Notes: a model not told the origin generated them from the sequence alone. Positions 55,939 through 64,000 are shown, numbered from the stretch's first letter. The stretch: 64,000 bases of DNA from an uncultured Eubacteriales bacterium (GCA_964346815.1 CAYFWF010000059.1:10896-74895); one strand, 5' to 3'. Numbers and translations are program-made.

Positions 55939-56679
55939 CTACATATACATCCCGCCGTTTATGTTGATAACCTGGCCAGTGACATAAGCAGCCTCATCGG
56001 AAACCAGAAACCTCACAAGCTGGGCGACTTCTTGGGCCGTCCCGAACCTGCGCATAGGGATGAATTCGAGGAACTGATTTTTCGCCGTTTCTGGAAGATT
56101 ATCCGTCATCGAAGTCTCTATGTAACCGGGAGCAACGGCATTGACCGTAATCCCTCTTGACGCGACCTCTCTTGCCAAAGATTTGGTAAATCCGACGACT
56201 CCTGCCTTTGATGCTGAATAATTTGTTTGTCCGGGATTCCCCATCAGCCCGACCACAGAGGAAATATTCACAATGCGGCCGTAACGGCTGCTGATCATAT
56301 GTCTAATCAAAGACTTTGAAAAATTGAAAACGCCCTTGAGGTTGACGGTCATGACCAGGTCCCATTCCTCCTCTTTCATGCGCATCAATAGATTGTCTCT
56401 CGTGATCCCTGCATTGTTGACCAGGTGATGAATGGCCCCATGATCTTGGATCATTTTTTGTATGGTTCCTTCCACCTCATCCAATCTCGAAACATCGACC
56501 ACATAAGCATCCGCTTTGCCATTGCGTTCCCTGATTTTTTGGGCAACTTCATCCAATTTCTGTTTTTGGATATCGACAAGGATAACTTCAGACCCGTGCT
56601 CGGCAAGATCACGAGCGATGGCCTCTCCGATACCCTGAGAGGCTCCTGTAACAATCGATGTCCTTCCTGAAAGATCCAT
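55939..56679 (-). CDS. fabG: 3-oxoacyl-[ACP] reductase (SDR)
   Basis: It has the motifs TGASQGIG, NNAG and YSASKAG, and ends VNGGMYM. Confidence 0.9.
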   Translation of the reverse strand: MDLSGRTSIVTGASQGIGEAIARDLAEHGSEVILVDIQKQKLDEVAQKIRERNGKADAYVVDVSRLDEVEGTIQKMIQDHGAIHHLVNNAGITRDNLLMRMKEEEWDLVMTVNLKGVFNFSKSLIRHMISSRYGRIVNISSVVGLMGNPGQTNYSASKAGVVGFTKSLAREVASRGITVNAVAPGYIETSMTDNLPETAKNQFLEFIPMRRFGTAQEVAQLVRFLVSDEAAYVTGQVININGGMYM

Positions 56680-56688
56680 CCTTTTCCC

Positions 56689-57693
56689 CTAAGGAGCCGC
56701 CCCCTGGGAGAACACGGCGATCTCTGCCTGAATTTTCTCCAGGACACGGCCGGACACAAAATCTTTGGCTAACCGAATGGCATTCTTTACAGCTGTTGGA
56801 TTCGACCGCCCGTGACCCACGACACAAACCCCATTCAAACCCAATAAAGGGGCCCCTCCATACTCAGAATAATGGATTCTTTTGTACAGCTTTTTCAAGT
56901 TCCTTTTCATCAGGATAAATCCTATTTTCGAGAAAAAATTCTTCATGATCTCCGTCCGGGCCATACTCAAAACGGTTTCGACGACGCCCTCGCTGACTTT
57001 CAGAGCAATATTCCCAGTGAATCCATCGCTGACTATCACTTCCGCATTCCCTGAATAAATATCTTTTCCCTCAACATTCCCGATAAAATTTAAAGGCGAG
57101 ATTTGAAGCCTCTCAAAAACTTCTCTAATGAGCTCATTTCCCTTGGTCTCTTCCTCTCCGATGCTCATCAGGGCAACACGAGGATTTGCGACGCCACAAA
57201 CATTTTTCATGAATATATGGCCCATGATCGCAAACTGAACCAGGTCGTGGGGACGGCAATTGACATTCGCTCCTACGTCCACCAACAAGGTCAGTCCCTT
57301 AAGAGTGGGAACAAGAAGAGAAAGAGCTGGTTTCTCCACTCCCTTCAGCGCTCCCAAAACATTTCTTGAGATATAAACGACAGCGGCTGTATTTCCCGTG
57401 CTGACAAAAGCATCCGCTTTTCCATCTCTAACCAATTGGGTTCCCACGCGGATAGAAGAGCGTTTTTTTCGCCGGAAAGACAGCAATCCTTCGCCCATTC
57501 CGATGGCTTCGGAGGCATTGATGAGAGACACTTTTGTGCTGGAGGGGGGAGATTTCTTGAACTCTTTTTTGATCAGTTCCTCGGCCCCCACAAGAAGGAT
57601 TTCGACTTCATACTCCTGCGCAGCCTTATAAGCGCCTTCAACCATGACCTTGGGGCCGAAGTCTCCTCCCATGGCATCAACCGCGACCCGCAT
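56689..57693 (-). CDS. plsX: phosphate acyltransferase
   Basis: It starts MRVAVDAMGGDFGP and also carries GHGRSN. Its position downstream of rpmF is the conserved one. Confidence 0.92.
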   Translation of the reverse strand: MRVAVDAMGGDFGPKVMVEGAYKAAQEYEVEILLVGAEELIKKEFKKSPPSSTKVSLINASEAIGMGEGLLSFRRKKRSSIRVGTQLVRDGKADAFVSTGNTAAVVYISRNVLGALKGVEKPALSLLVPTLKGLTLLVDVGANVNCRPHDLVQFAIMGHIFMKNVCGVANPRVALMSIGEEETKGNELIREVFERLQISPLNFIGNVEGKDIYSGNAEVIVSDGFTGNIALKVSEGVVETVLSMARTEIMKNFFSKIGFILMKRNLKKLYKRIHYSEYGGAPLLGLNGVCVVGHGRSNPTAVKNAIRLAKDFVSGRVLEKIQAEIAVFSQGAAP

Positions 57694-57705
57694 AGCCTCC
57701 TCTTG

Positions 57706-57888
57706 CTATTCCTCGGCTCCCTCGATCACCTGTCGTCCTTTGTAATAGCCGCATTCCGGGCACGCTCGATGCGGCATTTTGGGGCTTCCACAGTTAGAAC
57801 AAAGAGATAAGGGAGGGACTTCGAGTGCGTCATGCGCTCTTCGTTTTCCCTTTCTTGAATGTGAGTGTCGTCTTTTTGGGTTGGCCAT
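57706..57888 (-). CDS. rpmF: 50S ribosomal protein L32
   Basis: It starts MANPKRRHSHSRKGKRRAH and has a CxxC...CxxC zinc-ribbon form. The product is 60 aa. Confidence 0.95.
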   Translation of the reverse strand: MANPKRRHSHSRKGKRRAHDALEVPPLSLCSNCGSPKMPHRACPECGYYKGRQVIEGAEE

Positions 57889-58407
57889 TTATCTCTTATC
57901 TTTCAAAAAAATCTTTAATTTTTCGAGCCGGATGTCAGAGTCATCCTTTACGCAGGAACATTCACCGCTGTTGATATTTCTGCCGCAAACAGGACAAATT
58001 CCCTGGCAGCTTTCAGAACACAAAGGCTTGACAGGAAAAGTAAGATTGAACTGTTCCAAGACTACTTCCCTGAGATCTATTCTCCGGCCGTAATAGAAAG
58101 AAGTGTTCAGATCCTCGCTGTCCAGTTCATCCTTTGCCAACTCTAATTCCTCAGGAAGATAAACGAGATCAAAATAGGAATCAACGGGAAATTCATATGG
58201 AACCAGACACCGGCTGCACACAAAGCTGAGGACGGTTTTGATCTTTCCCTTTATATAAACCTCATCCCCAACTTTCCTGACCGATATCTCCGAGTGAACG
58301 GGCTGGAAGAAAACCGCACTTTCTTCGATGATCTCTATATTGGAGAACTCAAAATCTCTGCTTATCTTGAGTCCTTCTCTAGGTAATCTATCAATGTCTA
58401 CAATCAT
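57889..58407 (-). CDS. yceD: YceD/DUF177 family protein (large-subunit rRNA accumulation protein)
   Basis: It lies immediately upstream of rpmF. It has a C-terminal Cys cluster (CSESCQGICPVCGRNINSGECSC) and is 172 aa. Confidence 0.85.
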   Translation of the reverse strand: MIVDIDRLPREGLKISRDFEFSNIEIIEESAVFFQPVHSEISVRKVGDEVYIKGKIKTVLSFVCSRCLVPYEFPVDSYFDLVYLPEELELAKDELDSEDLNTSFYYGRRIDLREVVLEQFNLTFPVKPLCSESCQGICPVCGRNINSGECSCVKDDSDIRLEKLKIFLKDKR

Positions 58408-58433
58408 TTTTTTCTCTCTAAAAAAGTCATCCT

Positions 58434-58461
58434 ATTATACCATCTCACCTTACTTTGTCAA
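58434..58461 (-). promoter_or_regulatory. consensus sigma-70 promoter TTGACA-N16-TATAAT for the yceD-rpmF-plsX-fab operon
   Basis: The minus strand reads TTGACA (58461-58456), then 16 nt, then TATAAT (58439-58434). The -10 hexamer ends 26 nt upstream of the yceD ATG. Confidence 0.55.
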
Positions 58462-58656
58462 TAAACGGGTCCCGAGAGAAAGCATCTCTGTTTCCATGAT
58501 AAATTTAGCTTTTGGGGATGCCCAAACCTGTATAACTGTTAAAGAAAATACTATGTCAAAAATAGTCGCAACTCTGAACCGGCTTGCTGAATCTTATACG
58601 ATGGGAGAGTTACAAGCGATTCTTACTTAATAGTCGAAAAAACATCTCCCGACCTT

Positions 58657-58706
58657 CTTACTACGAATCAGAAGGTCGGGAGTTCAAATCTCTCCGGGCG
58701 TACCAG
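58657..58706 (+). pseudogene. tRNA-Arg(ACG) 3' fragment: anticodon arm through CCA, with no D arm or 5' acceptor strand
   Basis: The sequence reads TCTTA-CTACGAA-TCAGA / AGGTC / GGGAG-TTCAAAT-CTCTC / CGGGCGT-A-CCA. The 250 nt upstream contain no complementary 5' acceptor strand (R-Y-G-Y-Y-Y-G). Confidence 0.6.
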
Positions 58707-59016
58707 GGGTATCCCCTGAAAATCAGCCTTTTCTTTGTTTTTGTCTTTTATACTACAAACCCGTATTTTCAGCTATTTTAAACAATTTTTGGCACATATG
58801 CGTCACATGGGGATAAGTCTATTTATGGTTCAAATGCATAACCGTCTAACGTATTAGACGTCTAACAATATCCTAGAAGATGTCAAAATAAAAACTATCC
58901 TTAATTCTCTGACAAAAACCCCTATCACCCAAAACCCCCTTTCTATCAAGGGCAGGAGAAGTGTTTCATCGACATATCTACACTATACTTTCTATAGCTT
59001 TTTGTCATACGGATAA

Positions 59017-59045
59017 TTGACATGTTTCTCTTTACTTGATATTCT
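59017..59045 (+). promoter_or_regulatory. sigma-70-type promoter candidate TTGACA-N17-TATTCT for kinase paralog 2
   Basis: Read directly from the sequence. The element ends 23 nt upstream of the ATG at 59069. Confidence 0.4.
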
Positions 59046-59068
59046 TTTTCACAGCATAAGGGTCATCA

Positions 59069-62000
59069 ATGGCTATCAAGTGCCCAAAATGCAACGCTGA
59101 TAATCCTGACACCAAGCAATTCTGTGGCGATTGTGGGACCCAACTTCCCTCCCTTGAGGACGTCGAAGTCACTGAAACTATAGAAGCACCCAAGGAAGAG
59201 CTCACTACTGGCTCTACATTTGCAGGTAGGTATCAGATTATTGAAGAGCTGGGAAAAGGGGGCATGGGGAAGGTCTACCGAGTACTAGACAAGAAGCTTA
59301 AAGAAGAAATAGCCCTTAAACTCATTAAGCCTGAAATAGCTAAGGATAAAAAAACACTAGAGAGATTTCACAACGAATTGAAGCTGGCTCGAAAGATTAG
59401 CCAGAGAAATGTTGGTCGCATGTATGAACTCATGGAAGAGGACGGTACTCATTTCATCACGATGGAATATGTCCCTGGGGAAGACTTAAGAAGTTCGATC
59501 AGACGTTTTGGCCAACTGCCTATAGGAAAATCCATATCCATGGCAAAACAGATATGCGAGGGATTAGCTGAGGCTCACAGGTTAGGAGTAGTGCATCGTG
59601 ATTTGAAGTCTAACAACATCATGATCGATAAAGAGGGCAATGTACGGATTATGGATTTTGGGATTGCTCGCTCTCTTGAAGCAAAGGGGATAACTGGTGC
59701 AGGAGTGATGATAGGAACACCAGAATATATGTCACCTGAACAGGTGGAAGGCAAGGAAGTTGATCAGCGGTCAGATATCTATTCTTTGGGAATTATCCTT
59801 TATGAGATGATGACTGGAAGAGTGCCTTTCGAAGGAGATACTCCTTTCACAATCGGAGTCAAACATAAAAGTGAGATACCTAAAAATCCCAAGGAACTGA
59901 ATACACAGATTCCCGATGATCTCAGTCATTTGATCCTAAGATGCTTGGAGAAGGACAAAGAAAAGCGTTATCAGAGTGCTGGAGAAGTTCGTTCTGAACT
60001 GAATAATATTGAGAAAGGTATTCCGACTACAGAAAAAGTACTGCCGAAAAGAAAGCCATTAACCTCAAGAGAGATCACCGTGACATTCGGCTTGAGGAAG
60101 CTTCTCATCCCGGCGTTGGCATTGCTTGCATTAATCATTGCAGGTGTCATCATCTGGAAGGTTCTTCCGCGAAAAGAAGTGGTTCCCATCCCATCGGATA
60201 AGCCATCCCTTGCCATTATGTATTTTAAAAACAACACCGGAGACGATGCCCTGGACCACTGGCGGAGTATGCTCTCCAACCTGCTGATCGCCGACCTCAC
60301 CCAGTCCAAACACATTCGAGTTCTGGGCGAAGACAGGCTATTCCAGATCCTAAGCCAACTTGACCAGTTAGAGGGAGAAACATATTCATCAGATGTATTG
60401 AAGCAGGTAGCTGCTCAAGGACAGGTCAGCCATATCCTTCAGGGGGCCTATGCTAAAGCCGGCGATGAGTTCCGGATCAACGTAACCCTACAGGAGGCAG
60501 AAAGTGGAGAGCTCATTGGATCAGAGTTAGTCGCAGGCAAAGGAGAGGAGAATATCTTCACCATGGTGGATGAACTGACCAAGCGGATCAAGACCAACTT
60601 TCAGCTCTCTGAAGAAAAAATTGCTAATGACATCGACCGGGAAGTGGGCAATATCACCACCAGCTCTCCTGAAGCTTTAAAATATTACATTGAGGGAGTG
60701 AAGTATCATCGTAAAGGAGAATACCATAAGAGCATTACCCTCATGGAGGAGGCCGTAGAGATTGATCCTGAATTTGCCATGGCTTACAGATCGCTGGCGT
60801 TGAGTTATAACAATATAGGATTTTTCTCTGAGCGGAGGAAATACATACAAAAGGCTTTAGAGTTTTCAAATCGACTGTCAGATAGAGAACGATTAAAAAT
60901 CATAGGAGATTATTATTGGGAATCACAGAAAACGTATGGTAAAGCCATCGAAGCATATGAAAAGCTCGTTGAGTTTTATCCAGAAGATGCTAGTGGAAAT
61001 CACAATTTGGGAATATTGTATTCGAACTTAGGAGAAGTGGATAAAGCCATAGAAAGATTTAAAGTTGCTATAAATAATAATACTGAGTTTTTTCTGACAT
61101 ATGCAGCACTAGCGGATCGTTACAAAGGAAAAGGAATGTACAGGAAGGCAGAAGAAATTCTTGAGTATTACTTAGAGAATTTTTCAGATAATGCTAGAAT
61201 TCATCAGGAATTGGCTCTTTCTTATATACACCAGGGAAAATTAGATCCTGCAGTGGCTGAAATCGATAAAGCTTTTATTCTAAAACCAGATGATTATATG
61301 AATATTATGCTGAAGGGAGACATCTATTTTTTTCGTGATGATTTGGTAGGAGCTGAAGAGGAATTCCAAAAAATGTTAACGAGTAAAGACCCGGCAGGCC
61401 AGGGAATGGGCATGTGGAGATTAGCCAGAGTATATCAACTCCAAGGGAAATTTGAGAAAGCTAAAGAATTATTTCAACAGGGAGTCGAACATTCAAAAAA
61501 ACTCGATCAAAAACTATGGGAAGCATGGAGCCGCGAGAGAATAGTAGCAATTTATATGGCAGCAGGAAATCCCAGGGAAGCATTAGAAGAATGTCAAAAA
61601 GCTTGGAAAATTTATAAAGAGAGAGAAGATTTAGCTGGATTAAAAAACATTTTACATCTTAGAGGGCTTGCTTTCCTTGAGATGAATTCTGTGGATCAGG
61701 CCAGAAGAGTAGCCAACGAACTGAAGAAGATGATCGAAGAAGGAATAATTAAGAAAGACATCAGACATTATTATCATCTGACGGGAAAGCTGGAGCTTGA
61801 AAAAGAAAATTTTTCTGAAGCAATAGTGAATTTTGAGAAAGCCTTGTCTTTTCTGTCTTTTCAGCATTCCACTTGGAGTGAGTTCGTAACAGATAGACAA
61901 GCCTTATATATTGAGGGATTAGCATTAGCTTATTATAAGACAGGAAACATAGAAAAAGCTCTCAAAGAATATGAAAAGATTACAGAGCTCACTACTGGCA

Positions 62001-62182
62001 GACTCTGTTTTGGAGATATCTATGCCAAGAGCTTCTACATGTTAGGTAAGATACACGAAGAACAAGGCAACACTGCCAAAGCTACCGAACACTTCGAGAA
62101 ATTCCTCGACCTCTGGAAGGACGCTGATCCTGGTATTGCCGAAGTTGAGGATGCAAGGAAGAGGCTGGCAGTATTGAAATAA
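59069..62182 (+). CDS. membrane Ser/Thr protein kinase: zinc ribbon - Hanks kinase - TM - TolB-N-like module - TPR repeats (paralog 2)
   Basis: The zinc ribbon is CPKCNADNPDTKQFCGDCG. The kinase motifs are GKGGMGKVY, HRDLKSNN, DFG and TPEYMSPE. The module motif is SLAIMYFKNNTGDD, and the protein ends LWKDADPGIAEVEDARKR. It is collinear with the 17281 gene along its whole length. Confidence 0.9.
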   Translation: MAIKCPKCNADNPDTKQFCGDCGTQLPSLEDVEVTETIEAPKEELTTGSTFAGRYQIIEELGKGGMGKVYRVLDKKLKEEIALKLIKPEIAKDKKTLERFHNELKLARKISQRNVGRMYELMEEDGTHFITMEYVPGEDLRSSIRRFGQLPIGKSISMAKQICEGLAEAHRLGVVHRDLKSNNIMIDKEGNVRIMDFGIARSLEAKGITGAGVMIGTPEYMSPEQVEGKEVDQRSDIYSLGIILYEMMTGRVPFEGDTPFTIGVKHKSEIPKNPKELNTQIPDDLSHLILRCLEKDKEKRYQSAGEVRSELNNIEKGIPTTEKVLPKRKPLTSREITVTFGLRKLLIPALALLALIIAGVIIWKVLPRKEVVPIPSDKPSLAIMYFKNNTGDDALDHWRSMLSNLLIADLTQSKHIRVLGEDRLFQILSQLDQLEGETYSSDVLKQVAAQGQVSHILQGAYAKAGDEFRINVTLQEAESGELIGSELVAGKGEENIFTMVDELTKRIKTNFQLSEEKIANDIDREVGNITTSSPEALKYYIEGVKYHRKGEYHKSITLMEEAVEIDPEFAMAYRSLALSYNNIGFFSERRKYIQKALEFSNRLSDRERLKIIGDYYWESQKTYGKAIEAYEKLVEFYPEDASGNHNLGILYSNLGEVDKAIERFKVAINNNTEFFLTYAALADRYKGKGMYRKAEEILEYYLENFSDNARIHQELALSYIHQGKLDPAVAEIDKAFILKPDDYMNIMLKGDIYFFRDDLVGAEEEFQKMLTSKDPAGQGMGMWRLARVYQLQGKFEKAKELFQQGVEHSKKLDQKLWEAWSRERIVAIYMAAGNPREALEECQKAWKIYKEREDLAGLKNILHLRGLAFLEMNSVDQARRVANELKKMIEEGIIKKDIRHYYHLTGKLELEKENFSEAIVNFEKALSFLSFQHSTWSEFVTDRQALYIEGLALAYYKTGNIEKALKEYEKITELTTGRLCFGDIYAKSFYMLGKIHEEQGNTAKATEHFEKFLDLWKDADPGIAEVEDARKRLAVLK

Positions 62183-62224
62183 TGCATTGAAACCCCAGCT
62201 CTCTAATTATCTAGAGCAGATCGC

Positions 62225-62911
62225 TCAAAAGGTATAGCTCAGACTGGCATGGATGCTCAAGCGATGCTGTGATTTTTTGAAGTCAGGGGAATAGATGGCG
62301 GGGTAGAGCACCTGGAAGTCCTCAGGATAGTTGAAAAAACTCATATAGTCTTTGATTTCCAGGAACGTAGAGAGATGCTGGGAGAGTATGAATCTAATCC
62401 CGGCTCCGAAGTTTAAAAAAAGCTTTGTGCGGGAGCGAAGGTTTGTGGGTCTCAAAGTAACTGCTCCCAGGCCAATTGTCACAAAAGGAGAGATCCGATT
62501 GAGCGGAAAATAGAAGAGGGTGTTTCCACTATAATAAAAGCTTTCCGTGTCCGAGACTTTGGTTTTACCCAGGGGGATGCCAGCCAAACCAATCCCAACT
62601 TCATTTATTATTTCTGAGCGGCTGTAATTAAATGATCCTTGAAGTTCGATTTGATCTGTGATCATGTACCCCAAGGCCAGTCCGAATGAAGCACCTTTAT
62701 TCTCGAGGGATACAATTATTTCTGGGACATCGGCTGTGTTAGGAAGAGGATTGAGCCTTCCGAATGTCGTATTGAACAGAAAGCCTCCAGAAAGAGTCAG
62801 TGAGAAAGATTGGGATCGAGGCTGAGCCAATGAGAGAACAGCAAGACAAAAGAGAAAGATGAAGGCTGTAAAGAAGATGTGTATCTTTGATTTTGAATTC
62901 CTCATCTCCAA
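62225..62911 (-). CDS. small outer-membrane beta-barrel protein (OmpW/OmpA-barrel-like)
   Basis: A signal peptide is present (LAVLSLAQP). The sequence shows an alternating amphipathic strand pattern with G/Y/F-rich girdles and ends SLSYTF. Confidence 0.65.
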   Translation of the reverse strand: MEMRNSKSKIHIFFTAFIFLFCLAVLSLAQPRSQSFSLTLSGGFLFNTTFGRLNPLPNTADVPEIIVSLENKGASFGLALGYMITDQIELQGSFNYSRSEIINEVGIGLAGIPLGKTKVSDTESFYYSGNTLFYFPLNRISPFVTIGLGAVTLRPTNLRSRTKLFLNFGAGIRFILSQHLSTFLEIKDYMSFFNYPEDFQVLYPAIYSPDFKKSQHRLSIHASLSYTF

Positions 62912-62968
62912 TAAGTTAACGCATAATGTTGCACTTTGGTTGCTTTTGATATCAAGCCGCTTGCTCTT

Positions 62969-63055
62969 TTCCTTTCCATCTAGAAGGATGCTGACCCTGG
63001 TATTACTGAGGTAGCGGACGCACGTAAAAGACTGGCTGGGTTGAAGGGACCTTAG
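62969..63055 (+). pseudogene. 3'-terminal remnant of a third kinase/TPR paralog
   Basis: It translates to FLSI*KDADPGITEVADARKRLAGLKGP*. The tails of the two full genes read FLELWKDADPGIEEVKDARRRVIALK and FLDLWKDADPGIAEVEDARKRLAVLK. The Trp codon TGG has become TAG, and I see no homology upstream of about 62969. Confidence 0.7.
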
Positions 63056-63489
63056 ATTGCTCCATGTCTGGTACGGAGCAAGCTACCCGCTAAATGTGCA
63101 AATAGGTACTATTTTGCAGGCATTAACTTCCAGCTAATGGTTAGATATAGGTACCAGATAGTTTGCTCTGAAAACAGCACTATATAGCACATTTCCGGGC
63201 TAAAACTGGCATTTTTCATGCAGGTTTCTGATAGCTATACCTAGGTTGTAGTTTCTACTTGAAGACTTCCCTTTGTCCCCCCAGCGGTTCTTTATTTTAA
63301 TAAAATCCCCTCTTTCATATGCAAGATATATTCATTGCCTATAAAGAAAAATTTAACATCTTATATCATGTACTTGGTGTAGAAGTTGCGTCTAATGATT
63401 AGACATAAGGGATTTAAAATCCCTAGAGAGAAAATTACAGCATCCTTGTGAAGTAGACAAAGCCAGTATCTTTGTGAAGTATCAGTCAT

Positions 63490-64000
63490 TCATTCATACC
63501 GCAAGGAATCGACGGGATTGGCCACAGCGGCTTTAATAGATTGATAGCTGACTGTACAAAGCGCAAAAACAAAAGCCAGTAAACCCGACAGGATGAAAAT
63601 TTCGATTCCTATACCTGTTTTATAAACAAAGTTCTGAAGCCATCTGCTCATGACGAAATAGCCAATCGGCCAGGCGATAACTGCCGCCAAGGCTAAACAT
63701 TTCATATATTCTTTTGCCAGAAGGACAATGATATTCTGGAAATCAGCCCCAAGGATTTTTCGTATACTGATCTCTTTTCTTTTCTGTTCCAAGAGGAAAG
63801 AGGCCAGTCCGAACAAACCTAGACATGCGATAGAGAGGGCTAGAAAAGTGAATATATTGAAACTCTCCCCTAATCTTTGTTCGGCTTTGTAAATCTTGTC
63901 AATCCTTTCATCCAAAAAACCAGGTTGAAAAGGGAATTCAGGCGAAAATGTTTTCCATTTTTCTTCAATGAACGCTAAGGTCCTTGGGATATTGCTAGGA
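63490..64000 (-). CDS. ABC transporter permease, FtsX/MacB type (3' part; gene continues beyond the right window edge)
   Basis: The C-terminal FtsX-domain pattern is present (KRKEISIRKILGA...). The frame stays open upstream of the TTG at 63915 (..EEKWKTFSPEFPFQPGFLDERIDKIY) to nt 64000. Confidence 0.75.
   Translation of the reverse strand, partial: PSNIPRTLAFIEEKWKTFSPEFPFQPGFLDERIDKIYKAEQRLGESFNIFTFLALSIACLGLFGLASFLLEQKRKEISIRKILGADFQNIIVLLAKEYMKCLALAAVIAWPIGYFVMSRWLQNFVYKTGIGIEIFILSGLLAFVFALCTVSYQSIKAAVANPVDSLRYE

Noticed and set aside
58500-58706. A complete tRNA or tmRNA gene ending at the CCA at 58704-58706.
   Set aside because: No sequence able to pair with the 3' acceptor strand CGGGCGT occurs in the 250 nt upstream. 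There is no GG-containing D loop. The acceptor does not fit the G3:U70 alanine identity of tmRNA. Only the 3' two-thirds is tRNA-like.
1-64000. CRISPR arrays, transposases or IS elements, integrases, prophage genes, toxin-antitoxin pairs, restriction-modification or other defence genes, and rRNA genes.
   Set aside because: I scanned the ORF translations and intergenic regions and saw none of their hallmark motifs. That means no regular repeat-spacer pattern, no DDE or tyrosine/serine recombinase signatures, and no helicase or nuclease defence-type domains.

Overview
This 64-kb window looks like chromosomal DNA from a diderm (Gram-negative-type) bacterium with moderate to low GC. I cannot assign a taxon from the sequence alone. 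I support about 45 protein genes.

Housekeeping genes:
- pgi, a trxB-like reductase, rpoD and etfBA.
- A yceD-rpmF-plsX-fabG-acpP-fabF operon.

Glycan and peptide hydrolases, scattered rather than clustered:
- A SASA-type sialate O-acetylesterase, a GH2 enzyme, and a GH29 fucosidase with a PA14 domain.
- An S8 subtilase, an M3 Dcp peptidase and a class-C beta-lactamase-fold hydrolase.

Osmo-adaptation genes:
- A fused OtsA-OtsB, an MscS channel, and a divergent GT-A enzyme.

Envelope and signalling modules:
- A GntR-ABC operon with three tandem paralogous membrane proteins.
- An operon encoding an SH3b/OM-barrel protein, a subtilase and a TPR/SH3b protein.
- Three sulfatase-fold proteins that carry Thr at the nucleophile position, next to GT9 and GT-C-like genes.
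- Two full-length paralogous zinc-ribbon Ser/Thr kinases with TolB-N-like and TPR ectodomains, plus a decayed 3' remnant of a third copy.

The only RNA-gene-like element is an orphan 3' two-thirds of a tRNA-Arg(ACG) at 58.66-58.71 kb. A more AT-rich 4.8-kb segment follows it and holds kinase paralog 2, an OM barrel gene and the kinase remnant.

I saw no CRISPR array, transposase, integrase, rRNA or recognisable defence genes. The most interesting items are architectural: new domain combinations, paralog decay, att-like remnants and palindromic operators. I did not find an obvious self-contained novel system. All functional calls rest on motifs I could read in the translations. No database search was run.
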